Positions 44,566-55,091 are shown, numbered from the stretch's first letter. The stretch is 63,650 nt of DNA from an uncultured Candidatus Saccharibacteria bacterium (GCA_964627085.1 CAZVIP010000001.1:104114-167763), one strand, 5' to 3'. The notes: generated by a model from the sequence alone, not told the origin. A program made the numbers and translations.

Positions 44566-45729
44566 TCAATCTTCGTTAAGGGTCTGGAGTGTGAATCGGT
44601 GTTCAGACACGCTTGACTCATTGGTCAGCCTTGACCAATGGATGGGTTTGAAGGAATCACCAAAAGCTCCGTCTTCACGATAGTCGTCTTCCAGGAACAA
44701 TACAGCGCCATGATTTTGCGAGAGGTTATTGCTTGCAAAACTCGGCCATCGTCTATACCAGGTCGCCTGCTCAGATTTCGGGTAGAATCCAATGTGCGTG
44801 TTGCAGTATGAGTGTAGTTTGGGTAGCGCAATGGTTGGAACATCAAACTTCCAGACACCCATTTTGTCTTGGTTTGCACGATTGAATTTCCGACGAACTT
44901 CTTCGACATCAAATCCGATCATCATAAAGCCAATACTGAATCCTCCATACCACAAAGTAGCTGTGTCGCTTCTGGGGATTGTGAGGAACTTGTAGCTCAT
45001 TAGGTTGTTTGAGCCCACCGTTCTCTGGATCTCATCAAGGATATTACGCATTTTACATGCGCTCTCTTCAAAGATAGTGGTTGGGGAGAACGGATGCAAT
45101 AGTATGCTTTGGTCAAGAATGTGCTCTCTCATTTCTGGGAAAGTCTCCAAGACACTGTTTGTGAGTTCACGCACTGGCACAACCAACTCATTTTCAAGGC
45201 CGCTGATGTCTTTTGCTGCCTCGCTCAATCTGGTCACAAATAACCACCTTGCGAGAAGGAATACACGATCTGCATCAGGGATGAGGATTGTGACCTGAGT
45301 TGTTTGTTCAAGGGGGGTGACTTCACCTTCGAGGATATTTCCTTTGATGGTGAGAGCCCGGAGTAGCTTCTCGTATGCGTGAGAGTGCCCGTCGCGCAGA
45401 AGCGTCGAGAGCAAAGTCAGCATAACTTTCCGCGGTGCAGACCATTTCGTGAAGTGTCGAAGTGCTTCTGTGGGTGAGAACCCAGACTTCGTCCTGTATT
45501 CAAAGCCAAGAATTACCTCGGGATTGAAACTGTTGAAGTTACCTCGGCATTTACCGAAGGCCTTGTTTCCTCCAAGTTTTTGGAAAAGCATTTCCATTTG
45601 CTCGGCAGGTGTTAGTGTTTGCACGCTGGGTGCGGTGGTGACCAGTGCAGTTTTTTGGTCTGTTTGGACTGCTGTGTCTGTCTTAGGCATTTTATGTTCC
45701 TCTAAGTAGCAATCCCTGGGGATCGCCAT
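44566..45729 (-). CDS. hypothetical protein (387 aa), no recognisable family
   Basis: Long ORF with a GC-rich composition relative to the backbone. No catalytic or NTP-binding motif recognised. The start may be the internal MPKTD. Confidence 0.55.
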   Translation of the reverse strand: MAIPRDCYLEEHKMPKTDTAVQTDQKTALVTTAPSVQTLTPAEQMEMLFQKLGGNKAFGKCRGNFNSFNPEVILGFEYRTKSGFSPTEALRHFTKWSAPRKVMLTLLSTLLRDGHSHAYEKLLRALTIKGNILEGEVTPLEQTTQVTILIPDADRVFLLARWLFVTRLSEAAKDISGLENELVVPVRELTNSVLETFPEMREHILDQSILLHPFSPTTIFEESACKMRNILDEIQRTVGSNNLMSYKFLTIPRSDTATLWYGGFSIGFMMIGFDVEEVRRKFNRANQDKMGVWKFDVPTIALPKLHSYCNTHIGFYPKSEQATWYRRWPSFASNNLSQNHGAVLFLEDDYREDGAFGDSFKPIHWSRLTNESSVSEHRFTLQTLNED

Positions 45730-45972
45730 TGTGTATAGCGTTCTCCTGGGACAACACTAAGAATTTCAAAGAGCCTCATGGTAATCCGTGACGGTTCAAT
45801 TCCAAGGACAATAATATGCTCAAAGAGGTGAATGTCAAATAGTTATTTCTCACACTACCTTTCAAATATATATAAAATTGAAAAAAGCCGTCGCGGGGTT
45901 GCCGCGACGGCTTCGAATGTGTTGCATGGATGCTGTGATTGCATACATGTAACAGATGGTTGTGGGTTTCGG

Positions 45973-46917
45973 TTACTGCAAACCAATTGACCGCAGGAAT
46001 GCAATGTCATGTTCGAGGTGGTATATGCCCGGGTGCGTTGAGTCGCAAAGACCCAGCTTGCCATCACCCATACCAAGGCCGAATCCATCAATAACATCAA
46101 GGTTGAACGGCTCTACTCCTTTGGTGAAAGAGCAGCCGCCCTTCTGGAGAAGTGCATTGATCACAGCAACATAACCTTGGAAATCAATCTGGTTTAGAGG
46201 ATTGTTATCCACATGAGACAGCAGTCGCCGTAGGTAGTTGACGAATTCGATGAATCCGAGCTTTTCTGCTTGGATGATACGTTTCAGCAAGTCAACACCA
46301 ACCTTTCTTTGGAGGGCGTGGCCAGTATCGAAATGGAAAAGCAGATTTTCCAGTCTCAAAACCACGCTGATCAAAGCCTCGTAAATTTCGTTGAAGGCAT
46401 TTGGGGTGCCGTCCTCGGTATCATTGAGTGCCTCAAGTGCAATTCTGAAATTGTATTTTCTTGCCAGGGCATTGAGGTGTTGCAGCCAAGTTTGAAACAC
46501 GTTTTTGTTCCAGGCACCGACGCCATTTTTTGGATACTGCTTGCACCATGTGGTGTGGGCAGGCCCAACCACCATTGGTAGGCCGAGACCGGCTTCATGC
46601 AGGGCGATACCGTATTTCAATTGGGGTTTTAACGCCTCGATTATTCTGCTGTGGTCATCAGGGTTTTGGGTGTCACCCATGTCAGGGGTGATGAATAGGC
46701 AGGCTTGCCCGCGCATCCCGGCTGCCAAAAATTGTTCAGTAAGAACAGCTGGGGTCAAGACTTTTTGATCTGCGATTGTTGCAGGGACGAAAGTCATCCC
46801 GGAGTATCCCAGTGTTTTGCTCTCTACGAGCCACCCTGGCAGGTTTTCTGGAGTGATGGATGCCCCGTGCGCGAGGCTGTGACTGAATAGGCTCATGGTT
46901 TGGTCCGCGGCTTTCAT
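45973..46917 (-). CDS. xylose-isomerase-like TIM-barrel protein (sugar phosphate isomerase/epimerase family)
   Basis: The motifs IALEALN, HFDTGHAL and GFIEF are typical of the AP_endonuc_2 TIM-barrel metal-ligand pattern. My hand count is 34/60 GC in the line starting at 46561. Confidence 0.65.
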   Translation of the reverse strand: MKAADQTMSLFSHSLAHGASITPENLPGWLVESKTLGYSGMTFVPATIADQKVLTPAVLTEQFLAAGMRGQACLFITPDMGDTQNPDDHSRIIEALKPQLKYGIALHEAGLGLPMVVGPAHTTWCKQYPKNGVGAWNKNVFQTWLQHLNALARKYNFRIALEALNDTEDGTPNAFNEIYEALISVVLRLENLLFHFDTGHALQRKVGVDLLKRIIQAEKLGFIEFVNYLRRLLSHVDNNPLNQIDFQGYVAVINALLQKGGCSFTKGVEPFNLDVIDGFGLGMGDGKLGLCDSTHPGIYHLEHDIAFLRSIGLQ

Positions 46918-47121
46918 GGTTTTAGTTGTGGTTTGAGTTATGTCATACCCACAGTCAAAGAACAGGGCTTTTGCCCGTATTCAGAGAAAGATTCTGTGGG
47001 CAAAAACAGCATAATGTTGCCATTTTTGCGAGTAATGTCAAGAATTTTCTAATCGTAGGTAATACTGCTATAAATACAGCAGATAAATTAACTCAGACGT
47101 TTTTCTTGATATACTCTATAT

Positions 47122-48825
47122 ATGCAAATATTCGTAGAGTTAAGTGTTATTGTCTTTATGACAACGGTTGTGGCAGGTATTATGAGGTTACTTAAACAGC
47201 CACTTATAGTGGGATATATTCTCTCTGGAATTATACTTGGTCCATATGTACTCAATTTGGTGCATTCAACTGAATATGTGGAGCTCTTTTCAAAAATAGG
47301 AATTTCAATTCTACTCTTCATTGTCGGACTCAGTCTCAACCCAGAGACTGTAAAAGAAACAGGGAAGTCATCACTTATTGTTGGGCTTGCACAGATTATT
47401 TTAACATCAGCACTAGGGTTTGGACTTATGAGACTTCTTGGTTTTGATGTGGTGTCATCGGTCTATGGAGCAATTGCCCTCACCTTCAGTAGTACAATTA
47501 TCGTCCTCAAGATGCTTTCTGACAAAGGAGACTTCAATAAGCTATATGGCAAAGTCGCCATTGGTGTGCTTCTTGTACAGGATGTAGTTGCAACACTTGT
47601 CTTGCTTATTATCTCTGTCTTTGGAGGTGAAGCAGTGGCAGGGGTGACAATTGGAACCACACTTAGTCTTTTATTGATCAAAGGTGTACTGACGACAATT
47701 ATTTTGTACATCATTAGTAAGTATGTCTTACCAAAATTATCAAAGAATCTTGCAAGTTCACAAGAACTTCTCTTCTTGTTCTCTATTGCTTGGGGTCTTG
47801 GTATGGCATCGTTTTTCTACTATATTGGTTTCTCAATCGAGATCGGCGCGCTTATTGCGGGTGTAACCCTATCGGTTTCAAGTTATGCATATGAGATTGG
47901 TTCGCGCATGAGACCGCTCCGAGATTTCTTTATTGTTTTGTTCTTCGTACTCCTTGGATCACAGATGGTTTTATACGATGCGGCTGCAGTGATTGTTCCA
48001 GCCCTTATACTGTCGGCTTTCGTGCTCTTGGGAAAACCAATTATTGTTCTTGTAATAATGAACTTACTCGGGTTTAGAAACAGGACTGGATTTATGGCAG
48101 GCCTCACAGTTGCACAGATTAGTGAGTTTTCACTCATATTAATGACCCTTGGTCTTACAACAGGGCACCTCAGCAGAGAGGTGGTATCCATGATTACTCT
48201 CGTAGGTGTTATCACTATCTCTGGATCAACGTATCTCATGATTTATTCAGAGCGAATATTTAATGGGTCAAAGAGATTCTTGACACTCTTTCAACCTAGA
48301 AAACATTTGAAAAAAGAATCAAAGTTGCATCACGAGAGCAGTGAAATGATTATTTTCGGTTATGACCGAGTTGGTTTTGATTTTGTTCGTGTAGCACAAA
48401 GTTTGGGTTCAAAATACATGGTAGTTGATTTTAATCCAGAATCAATTAGTAAAATGCAATCACAGAATATCCCATTCAAATTCGGCGACGCTGAAGATAT
48501 TGAGTTTTTGCAAGAGATTTCACTTGGCGATGCAAAAATAATTGTTTCAACTATTCCTGATTTTAGGACAAATAAAATACTGGTATCTCACTATAGAAGG
48601 TTTAATCAAGAGGGGATAATTATGGTTATCTCGCATGATATCAAACAGGCACGTGAGTTATATCTTGAAGGTGCAACATATGTCATCATGCCGCATTACC
48701 TTGGTGCACACCACGCATCGTCTATGCTATTTGAATACGGCTTTGATATCGCAGGATTTGAGAAAGAGCGTAACAAACACCTTATCCACCTCGCGCACAG
48801 AGAAATGATTTCAAAGACATTGTAA
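47122..48825 (+). CDS. CPA2 cation:proton antiporter (Kef-type) with a C-terminal RCK/TrkA-N domain
   Basis: About 12 TM helices (GYILSGIILGP...), then IIFGYDRVGFDFV, a Rossmann GxGxxG-like motif of RCK domains. Confidence 0.85.
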   Translation: MQIFVELSVIVFMTTVVAGIMRLLKQPLIVGYILSGIILGPYVLNLVHSTEYVELFSKIGISILLFIVGLSLNPETVKETGKSSLIVGLAQIILTSALGFGLMRLLGFDVVSSVYGAIALTFSSTIIVLKMLSDKGDFNKLYGKVAIGVLLVQDVVATLVLLIISVFGGEAVAGVTIGTTLSLLLIKGVLTTIILYIISKYVLPKLSKNLASSQELLFLFSIAWGLGMASFFYYIGFSIEIGALIAGVTLSVSSYAYEIGSRMRPLRDFFIVLFFVLLGSQMVLYDAAAVIVPALILSAFVLLGKPIIVLVIMNLLGFRNRTGFMAGLTVAQISEFSLILMTLGLTTGHLSREVVSMITLVGVITISGSTYLMIYSERIFNGSKRFLTLFQPRKHLKKESKLHHESSEMIIFGYDRVGFDFVRVAQSLGSKYMVVDFNPESISKMQSQNIPFKFGDAEDIEFLQEISLGDAKIIVSTIPDFRTNKILVSHYRRFNQEGIIMVISHDIKQARELYLEGATYVIMPHYLGAHHASSMLFEYGFDIAGFEKERNKHLIHLAHREMISKTL

Positions 48826-48862
48826 ATCACCGAACTGTATCTATAAGCTAAATTCAAAAAAA

Positions 48863-49447
48863 ATGAAAGTAAAATTCAATCAAATTACATGGTACTCTAA
48901 AATCCTTAGTATATTTTTTATTTTCGGAGTTTTCCCAATTGTTATTTTCTACATCGCACTCGAATATCAAAAGACCGTAAACGTTATTACATACGGACAG
49001 ACAGCGGCAGAAGAATTGCACAGTTCAAATAATTATGAAAAAAAGGCCTATAGAGGCACAAATGCAAAACAGGCAGAACTTTATTTGATTGGAAGTTGGA
49101 GCAATGATCAAGATACTTCATATGTATTTAAGGTCAAAGATGAAAATACATTTATTGACACCGTAGGTGAAAGTGTGACAGCCTCAGGGTCTTGGGTCTT
49201 GCGTGATCATTTGAATGAAACAAAATATTCTGAGACCGAATATGAGCGTGCATTATATTTGGAGAAAGATAGTTTGAATAGAAGTGATGTCAAAGAGGTG
49301 CTTTATTTTAAAGTTGTACTTTTGAATCAAAACAATTTAGTGTTGCAGTCTCTCAAAGATGGAAAAGTCCAAACCTTCATCAAGAAAGGATCTGCTGTAA
49401 TAAATAAAAATCCAGAATCAGTTGGCACAACGACAACAAGGGAATAA
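48863..49447 (+). CDS. membrane-anchored hypothetical protein
   Basis: N-terminal TM (ILSIFFIFGVFPIVIFYIAL) and a roughly 150-aa soluble domain. Confidence 0.5.
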   Translation: MKVKFNQITWYSKILSIFFIFGVFPIVIFYIALEYQKTVNVITYGQTAAEELHSSNNYEKKAYRGTNAKQAELYLIGSWSNDQDTSYVFKVKDENTFIDTVGESVTASGSWVLRDHLNETKYSETEYERALYLEKDSLNRSDVKEVLYFKVVLLNQNNLVLQSLKDGKVQTFIKKGSAVINKNPESVGTTTTRE

Positions 49448-49461
49448 GGGTAATTACAATT

Positions 49462-50805
49462 TTACAATTCAGGTATAGCAGAGGACTCGATTTTTTTGCT
49501 TTTCACTAGACGTAGATATTCTTGTATTGTCTTTTTGCCATCAAATATTTCTTTGGCCATATCAATGCCTACATATCGGAAGTGCCAAGGTTCATAAATA
49601 TATCCCGTCTCAGATTGCTTGCCTGCTGGATAGCTGATGATATATCCATATTTATAGCTGTTCTGCGCGAGCCATGCACCTTCTTTTGCAATACCAAATT
49701 TACTGTTTGGTCCTGTGTACTTGATACTTTTTCCTGTGAGATCAACGGTTGTACCGAGCTGGTGTTCGGAGTGTCCTGCTTCTGCAACACCTGCAAGACC
49801 ACCTTTGCCCAGTGTTTTGAGATAGTGTGCGGTTAGCAATTTCTGAGTATTTGCACTGCGGTATGCAGAAAAGACAGCGAGCTCATGTCCTGATTTTTTT
49901 GCCTCAGCAAATAGTTCGTCTAATTTTTCCGCGGGTTCTCTTGAGAGGCACATGACACCAACTGTTCGGACTGTGCGAGGGAGGCGGATAAGGTCACTTG
50001 GTATATAGTCGAGTGGGACAGAATTTCGTCTATCTACATTTTCAAATGATCTGTCTTGGTCAGGGTTTGCGTCTGGACAAAGTTCCTTGAAATATACAGA
50101 GTCAAAGAAAAAACGTGTCTCATCGGTGAGCGTACCTGTTGGTTTAATGTTTAATTTCTTTTGCAAAGCAATAAGTGAACTTCTTGTTTTGGCTCCAAAA
50201 GTACTGCTGATAAAAGTTGGTTTGAATGTTGGATCAAAAATACTGAGCAAATATTGCATAAGTCTCACATCACTCCCTTTTGAATTTAGTTTTAAATCTC
50301 TGGTAAACCCTCCGATTTGTTGCCATTCTTTGACATATCGAATGTCGAGCTTCAAATCTTCTTGTTTCATTTGTAGTGCATTGAGATAAAGGCTGGCCCA
50401 AGCACTCTCGGGTGACTGTTTTGGTTTTTTGATTCCATCAGTAGAGCTCGCAGTCGTGCTTGCAAATCCATCAGGGTAGAGGGCATTGTTGGTGCTCGTA
50501 CTTTGTTCATCGATAATACTGATATTTGAACTTGTACCGAATTCATCGATATTTGCCGAATCAATATTGTCACCTGTTAGTGAGTTTGTGTCATATCCAG
50601 ATTTGTTTTTTTGGGAAAAAGAGAATACAGACAGCACTCTCTTGGCAACATTTGAAGTTGCATTTGCTACATATGAAAAAGATGTTTTGTACCCATCCTT
50701 AATTTCAGGGTATGACAAGAATAGGTAAGTACCAAAGGCGGACACAAGCACGAGCAAAATAATGGCGATAGCTGTTCCTTTTGGATGTTTTTGGATCGGG
50801 GGCAT
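49462..50805 (-). CDS. M15B (VanY-type) D-alanyl-D-alanine carboxypeptidase with a peptidoglycan-binding domain and N-terminal anchor
   Basis: PG_binding_1-like GSDVRLMQYLL...TGTLTDETR. Catalytic motifs SAYRS..TQ, SEHQLGTTVDL and EPWHFRYVG. Confidence 0.8.
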   Translation of the reverse strand: MPPIQKHPKGTAIAIILLVLVSAFGTYLFLSYPEIKDGYKTSFSYVANATSNVAKRVLSVFSFSQKNKSGYDTNSLTGDNIDSANIDEFGTSSNISIIDEQSTSTNNALYPDGFASTTASSTDGIKKPKQSPESAWASLYLNALQMKQEDLKLDIRYVKEWQQIGGFTRDLKLNSKGSDVRLMQYLLSIFDPTFKPTFISSTFGAKTRSSLIALQKKLNIKPTGTLTDETRFFFDSVYFKELCPDANPDQDRSFENVDRRNSVPLDYIPSDLIRLPRTVRTVGVMCLSREPAEKLDELFAEAKKSGHELAVFSAYRSANTQKLLTAHYLKTLGKGGLAGVAEAGHSEHQLGTTVDLTGKSIKYTGPNSKFGIAKEGAWLAQNSYKYGYIISYPAGKQSETGYIYEPWHFRYVGIDMAKEIFDGKKTIQEYLRLVKSKKIESSAIPEL

Positions 50806-50874
50806 ATTAAGGTTTGCTTGGATGGGATTGATATATTGATAGGGAGTATATGAGTATTTTGTTATAATCTTATC

Positions 50875-51219
50875 ATGAAAAAATTGAAAAAGAGTGTCGG
50901 ATATGCTGTAAAAGGAGTCTCACATGTATACAAAAATGAGAGGAATTTTCGGATTCATATATTCATTGCACTCTGTGCTGTTGCCCTTGGCATATATCTA
51001 GATTTTGCACCGTGGAAATGGGTTGCATTCTTCATTGTAACTGCTCTAGTGCTCTCACTTGAAATTATTAATTCTGCAATTGAATATACATGGAATCACC
51101 TTGAGCCGAATCATCACCCTGTAGCAGGTGTAGTCAAGGATGCAATGGCAGGTGCCGTGCTCGTGTCTGCTTGTTTGGCATTTTGTGTCGGGATAGTGCT
51201 ACTCTTTTGCCCAAATTAA
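50875..51219 (+). CDS. dgkA: diacylglycerol/undecaprenol kinase (DgkA family)
   Basis: GYAVKGV....ERNFRIH, then EIINSAIE, then KD.AAGAVL; three TM helices; 114 aa. Confidence 0.8.
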   Translation: MKKLKKSVGYAVKGVSHVYKNERNFRIHIFIALCAVALGIYLDFAPWKWVAFFIVTALVLSLEIINSAIEYTWNHLEPNHHPVAGVVKDAMAGAVLVSACLAFCVGIVLLFCPN

Positions 51220-51271
51220 ATTCTCGATAATGAAGGTGAAATCTTATTAAATCATATATAATCTATCTACA

Positions 51272-51838
51272 ATGATTCAAAACCCTTTTCTCCAAGCAGT
51301 ATTAGGTCTAGATAATACAGTACTCTCGGCTGTGCCAGATATACAAAGCTTATTTATAACCAAGATAGTGCTATTCATCACCGCGCTAGGTGATCCCTTG
51401 TCTATACTTTTTATTTCATGTGCTGTTATTCTTATCTTTTGGTTTTTTAATACAAAAAGCCATGCACTACAACTCTTATTATCAATGATGGTTGCTTCTG
51501 GAACTATTCTGACACTTAAGTATATTGTCCAAAGAGCAAGACCAGAATATGGACTAATTGCAGAGACAGGATATTCATTCCCAAGTGGACATGCCCTCGC
51601 GGCCGCTGTCTTTTTCCCGGTGCTTATCTATATCGTCAAAGGATATATCAAAAGACCAATATATAAGGCTCTATATATAGTTGGTATGGTTATTTTCATG
51701 TTATTGATTGGATTCAGTCGATTATATCTTGGTGTACATTACTTAAGTGATGTGGTGGCCGGTATTTTGATTGGCCTAATAATTAGTGCTGTCTCGATTT
51801 TGGTCGCAGAAGCATACCAAAGCCGTAAGGTACGATAG
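51272..51838 (+). CDS. PAP2-family phosphatase (candidate undecaprenyl-diphosphate phosphatase)
   Basis: Motifs KYIVQRARP, SFPSGHA and SRLYLGVHYLSDV. Confidence 0.8.
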   Translation: MIQNPFLQAVLGLDNTVLSAVPDIQSLFITKIVLFITALGDPLSILFISCAVILIFWFFNTKSHALQLLLSMMVASGTILTLKYIVQRARPEYGLIAETGYSFPSGHALAAAVFFPVLIYIVKGYIKRPIYKALYIVGMVIFMLLIGFSRLYLGVHYLSDVVAGILIGLIISAVSILVAEAYQSRKVR

Positions 51839-51902
51839 TATAGGTTGCATGAGGGTGAGGGAGGTGTATAATACCTGTACTAATAGTTAACTTGTAAAGT
51901 AT

Positions 51903-52520
51903 ATGACATTTTTAAATCAACTCGGATGGAGATATGCAACTAAGAAATTTGACGAAACCAAGCCTTTAACAAACGAAACAATACAGCAGATTGTAGACGC
52001 AGCCGTAATGGCACCGTCTTCATTTGGTCTACAGCCATTTCATATTACTGTAGTCAAAAATCCAGAGATTAATGCCAAGCTCCGAGCTGCTGCCTGGGAT
52101 CAGGAACAACTTACATCAGCTGGAGCAGTCATTGTCTTTTCAGCAAAGGACGGAGCTCTCGCTCGAATCGAACAGTATCTTGAGCTTGCATCAGGTGGTA
52201 ATCCTGAAATAAAGACAGCTATGGAAGGGTATGCAGGTATGATGCGAGGTGCACTTGGTTCACGAACACCTGATCAGATTGCATCTTGGTCTGGCAAGCA
52301 AGCATATATTGCTCTTGGTTTTGCTATGGCTGCCGCTGCAGAACTACAAGTTGATTCATGTCCTATGGAAGGATTTGATCCAGCTGGTTTCAAGGATATC
52401 CTTGGTCTATCAGCTGATCTTACTCCATGTGTTATTTTGCCAATCGGATATAGACATGCAGATGATGTCCTCCGACCAAAGGTGCGATTCCCGAAGTCTG
52501 ATATGGTTTCGGAGATTTAG
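51903..52520 (+). CDS. nitroreductase-family NAD(P)H flavin oxidoreductase
   Basis: WRYATKKFD N-terminus, APSSFGLQPF, and the size and pattern of the NfsB/NfnB family. Confidence 0.8.
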   Translation: MTFLNQLGWRYATKKFDETKPLTNETIQQIVDAAVMAPSSFGLQPFHITVVKNPEINAKLRAAAWDQEQLTSAGAVIVFSAKDGALARIEQYLELASGGNPEIKTAMEGYAGMMRGALGSRTPDQIASWSGKQAYIALGFAMAAAAELQVDSCPMEGFDPAGFKDILGLSADLTPCVILPIGYRHADDVLRPKVRFPKSDMVSEI

Positions 52521-52584
52521 TCACCCTGCTAAAGGGGGGGTGTCCTGTTGACTATGTGCGAATTTTTCTGTACACATAGATATA

Positions 52585-53154
52585 ATGAAAGATTCAAAAA
52601 AAGACTTTAAAAATAGCTTTGAGAGCAAGGTGACTACCTGGATTGGATCCAGGTCATCCCTTGTCATTCATACGGCTGTGTTTTTAGGGTCTTTTTTGCT
52701 TATATTATTTGGTGTAAAGGCGGAGGCTGTATTTCTCTTTCTCACTACTATTGTTTCTCTTGAGGCAATCTATCTAGCGATATTTATCCAAATGTCAGTA
52801 AATAGAAACACAGAGAGTTTGCTCGAGGTTGAGGAGGACATCGAAGACATTCAAGAGGGCGTCGGTGAAATCACCGAAGAAATCGAAGAGCTCCAAGAGG
52901 ATGTCGAAGAAATGCAAGAAGACGTCGATGAAATTACCGAGGAGATTGATTCTATCCAAGAAGATGTTTCTGAAATCTCGGAGGACCTCGAAGAAATCCA
53001 GGAAGATATCCAAGATGAAATTGCATCAAATGATACTGAGGAAAAAATTCGAATAGAGAAGCATGAAATCACTCACGCACAACTATCTGAATTGCAAAAG
53101 ACTTTGGCTGCACTCATGCAGGAAATCGAAAATTTAAAATCTAACTCTAAATAG
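52585..53154 (+). CDS. DUF1003-like membrane protein with an acidic heptad-like repeat tail
   Basis: Two TM helices ending in LEAIYLAIFIQMSVNR, followed by 8-9 repeats of the type EE(I/V)(E/D)E(I/L)QEDV. Confidence 0.5.
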   Translation: MKDSKKDFKNSFESKVTTWIGSRSSLVIHTAVFLGSFLLILFGVKAEAVFLFLTTIVSLEAIYLAIFIQMSVNRNTESLLEVEEDIEDIQEGVGEITEEIEELQEDVEEMQEDVDEITEEIDSIQEDVSEISEDLEEIQEDIQDEIASNDTEEKIRIEKHEITHAQLSELQKTLAALMQEIENLKSNSK

Positions 53155-53155
53155 C

Positions 53156-54031
53156 ATGCAATATTTATTTGGTAATCCAATCAAAACAGAAATTAAGGCA
53201 AAGCTCAAAGAAATAATTGATTCTGCTATAGAGTCAGGGGCTGTATCGCCACGCCTTGCCATCATCCTAGTAGGGAACAATGAAAGGTCTGCAGTATATA
53301 TAAGACAAAAAGAAAAATTCGCACATACAATTGGCGCAGAGGTGACTGTGCATACTTTTCCTGCTGATATCGCTGTTAATGAATTGGTCCGAAGTTTGGA
53401 TGCTCTCGCGGAGGATAATGGTGTACACGGAATTATTATTCAGATGCCGTTGCCGACTCTTTTTACAAAAGATGATTTAGAGAGAGTGATTTCAACAATT
53501 CCACATGCAAAGGATGTAGACGGTCTCACGTCAATCAATGCAGGGTATCTATTCCAGGGTTCAACACATGCTATTGTTCCCGCAACAACAAGAGGTGTTA
53601 TCAATATGCTCGCGCACTACAATATTGAAGTTGATGGGAAAAATATCGTTGTAGTTGGCCGTTCAAATTTGGTTGGCAAGCCTACGGCGATCGCACTTTT
53701 GAGTAAAGGCGCAACGGTCACTATTTGTCATAGCAAAACAAAAGATTTGGATAATTATATTAGACAAGCGGACATCGCCCTGTTCGCAACGGGTATTCCA
53801 GGTATTGCTGGCAAGCATAATTTGAGAGAAGGGCAGGTGGTTATTGATATTGGAATTTCACTTAAACCTACAGGCGGGATTTGTGGTGATGTTGATCACG
53901 AGGGTGTCGATACTATTTTGGGACAAAGCGGATCCATCTCTCCAGTACCAGGTGGTGTAGGTCCACTCACAATAGCTGGCCTTTTCCAGAATCTCATTGA
54001 CCTATATATGAAGCAGGTGAGTATACAATAA
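53156..54031 (+). CDS. folD: bifunctional 5,10-methylene-tetrahydrofolate dehydrogenase/cyclohydrolase
   Basis: LAIILVGNNERSAVYIRQKEK, HGIIIQMPLP, VVVGRSNLVGKP and PVPGGVGP motifs. Confidence 0.9.
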   Translation: MQYLFGNPIKTEIKAKLKEIIDSAIESGAVSPRLAIILVGNNERSAVYIRQKEKFAHTIGAEVTVHTFPADIAVNELVRSLDALAEDNGVHGIIIQMPLPTLFTKDDLERVISTIPHAKDVDGLTSINAGYLFQGSTHAIVPATTRGVINMLAHYNIEVDGKNIVVVGRSNLVGKPTAIALLSKGATVTICHSKTKDLDNYIRQADIALFATGIPGIAGKHNLREGQVVIDIGISLKPTGGICGDVDHEGVDTILGQSGSISPVPGGVGPLTIAGLFQNLIDLYMKQVSIQ

Positions 54032-54089
54032 AAATAAAATTTAAAATAAAACTCTGCTATAATACATGCATATAAATTAATAGTATTAT

Positions 54090-55091
54090 ATGGCAACTAA
54101 TCAAGAGCAAAAAAGTAAAGCAGGTGCAGACACTGCATCAAAGTCAAAGAAAAGTTTTTTTCATTTCTTTAAAAATGTTTCAAAGCATCAGCTAAATATG
54201 GATGATGGTCAGATTACAAAGTTCATGAAAGTGACTGGACTTATCTTATTGTCACTCCTTTCAGTTTTTGTTTTCGTAAAGACAATTAATGAAGTAAAGA
54301 ATTATTCAACTATTGGTGAATATACAATGCCACCGTATTCAATATACGTAAATGGTAAAGGTGAGGTTTCAGCACCAAAGGATCAAGCTGTCCTTACATT
54401 CAGTTCAAATGGAAAAGGGAAGACGGCCGTAGATTCAGAATCTGCTGCGGCAGTTTCAGTGAATAAGGCACTCGCTTTCCTCAAAGAAAAAGGAATCGAA
54501 GACAAGAATATTTCTACAGTATCCCACGGTACATATCCAACATATGACCAAAAGGTTAAGCCTTGTGTAGTTGATGCAAAGGCGACCGTAGTTGGTTCAG
54601 CGCCAGTATCTGCGCCATCTTCTGTAAAGAATACTCTCGTTGCTGAGCCAGCAATCATGGTTGCACCTATTGCTCCATGTAACTCATATGAATCAGTTGT
54701 GTCTGGTTATGAGACATATCAGTCAGTGGAGGTAAAAATCTCTGGTATCGACAAGAACCCAACACTCTCAGGTGAAATTGTCACTGGCCTCACAGCTGCT
54801 GGGGTACAGGTAAGTGCGGTGGAAAATAGAATCGCTAACTCTGATGCGCTCAAAGCAGAAGCAAGAGCACTCGCTATTGCAGATGCAAAACAGCAGGCAA
54901 ATCAAATTGCTCGTTCACTTGGTATCAAGCTCGGCAAAGTTGTCTCATTTAGTGACAATGATATGTATCCAAGTGCTGCTCCTATGATGTATTCAGCAGA
55001 TGCAGGTATGGAAAAAAGCGTTAGTCCACAAATGCCAGCCGGTGAAGCAAAGATCACATCAAATATCTCAGTTTCATTTGAAATCCGATAA
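54090..55091 (+). CDS. SIMPL/DUF541-domain (26-kDa periplasmic immunogenic protein-like) membrane-anchored protein
   Basis: TM anchor, then the C-terminal pattern AIADAKQQANQIARSLGIKLGKVVSFS...AGEAKITSNISVSFEI. Confidence 0.7.
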   Translation: MATNQEQKSKAGADTASKSKKSFFHFFKNVSKHQLNMDDGQITKFMKVTGLILLSLLSVFVFVKTINEVKNYSTIGEYTMPPYSIYVNGKGEVSAPKDQAVLTFSSNGKGKTAVDSESAAAVSVNKALAFLKEKGIEDKNISTVSHGTYPTYDQKVKPCVVDAKATVVGSAPVSAPSSVKNTLVAEPAIMVAPIAPCNSYESVVSGYETYQSVEVKISGIDKNPTLSGEIVTGLTAAGVQVSAVENRIANSDALKAEARALAIADAKQQANQIARSLGIKLGKVVSFSDNDMYPSAAPMMYSADAGMEKSVSPQMPAGEAKITSNISVSFEIR

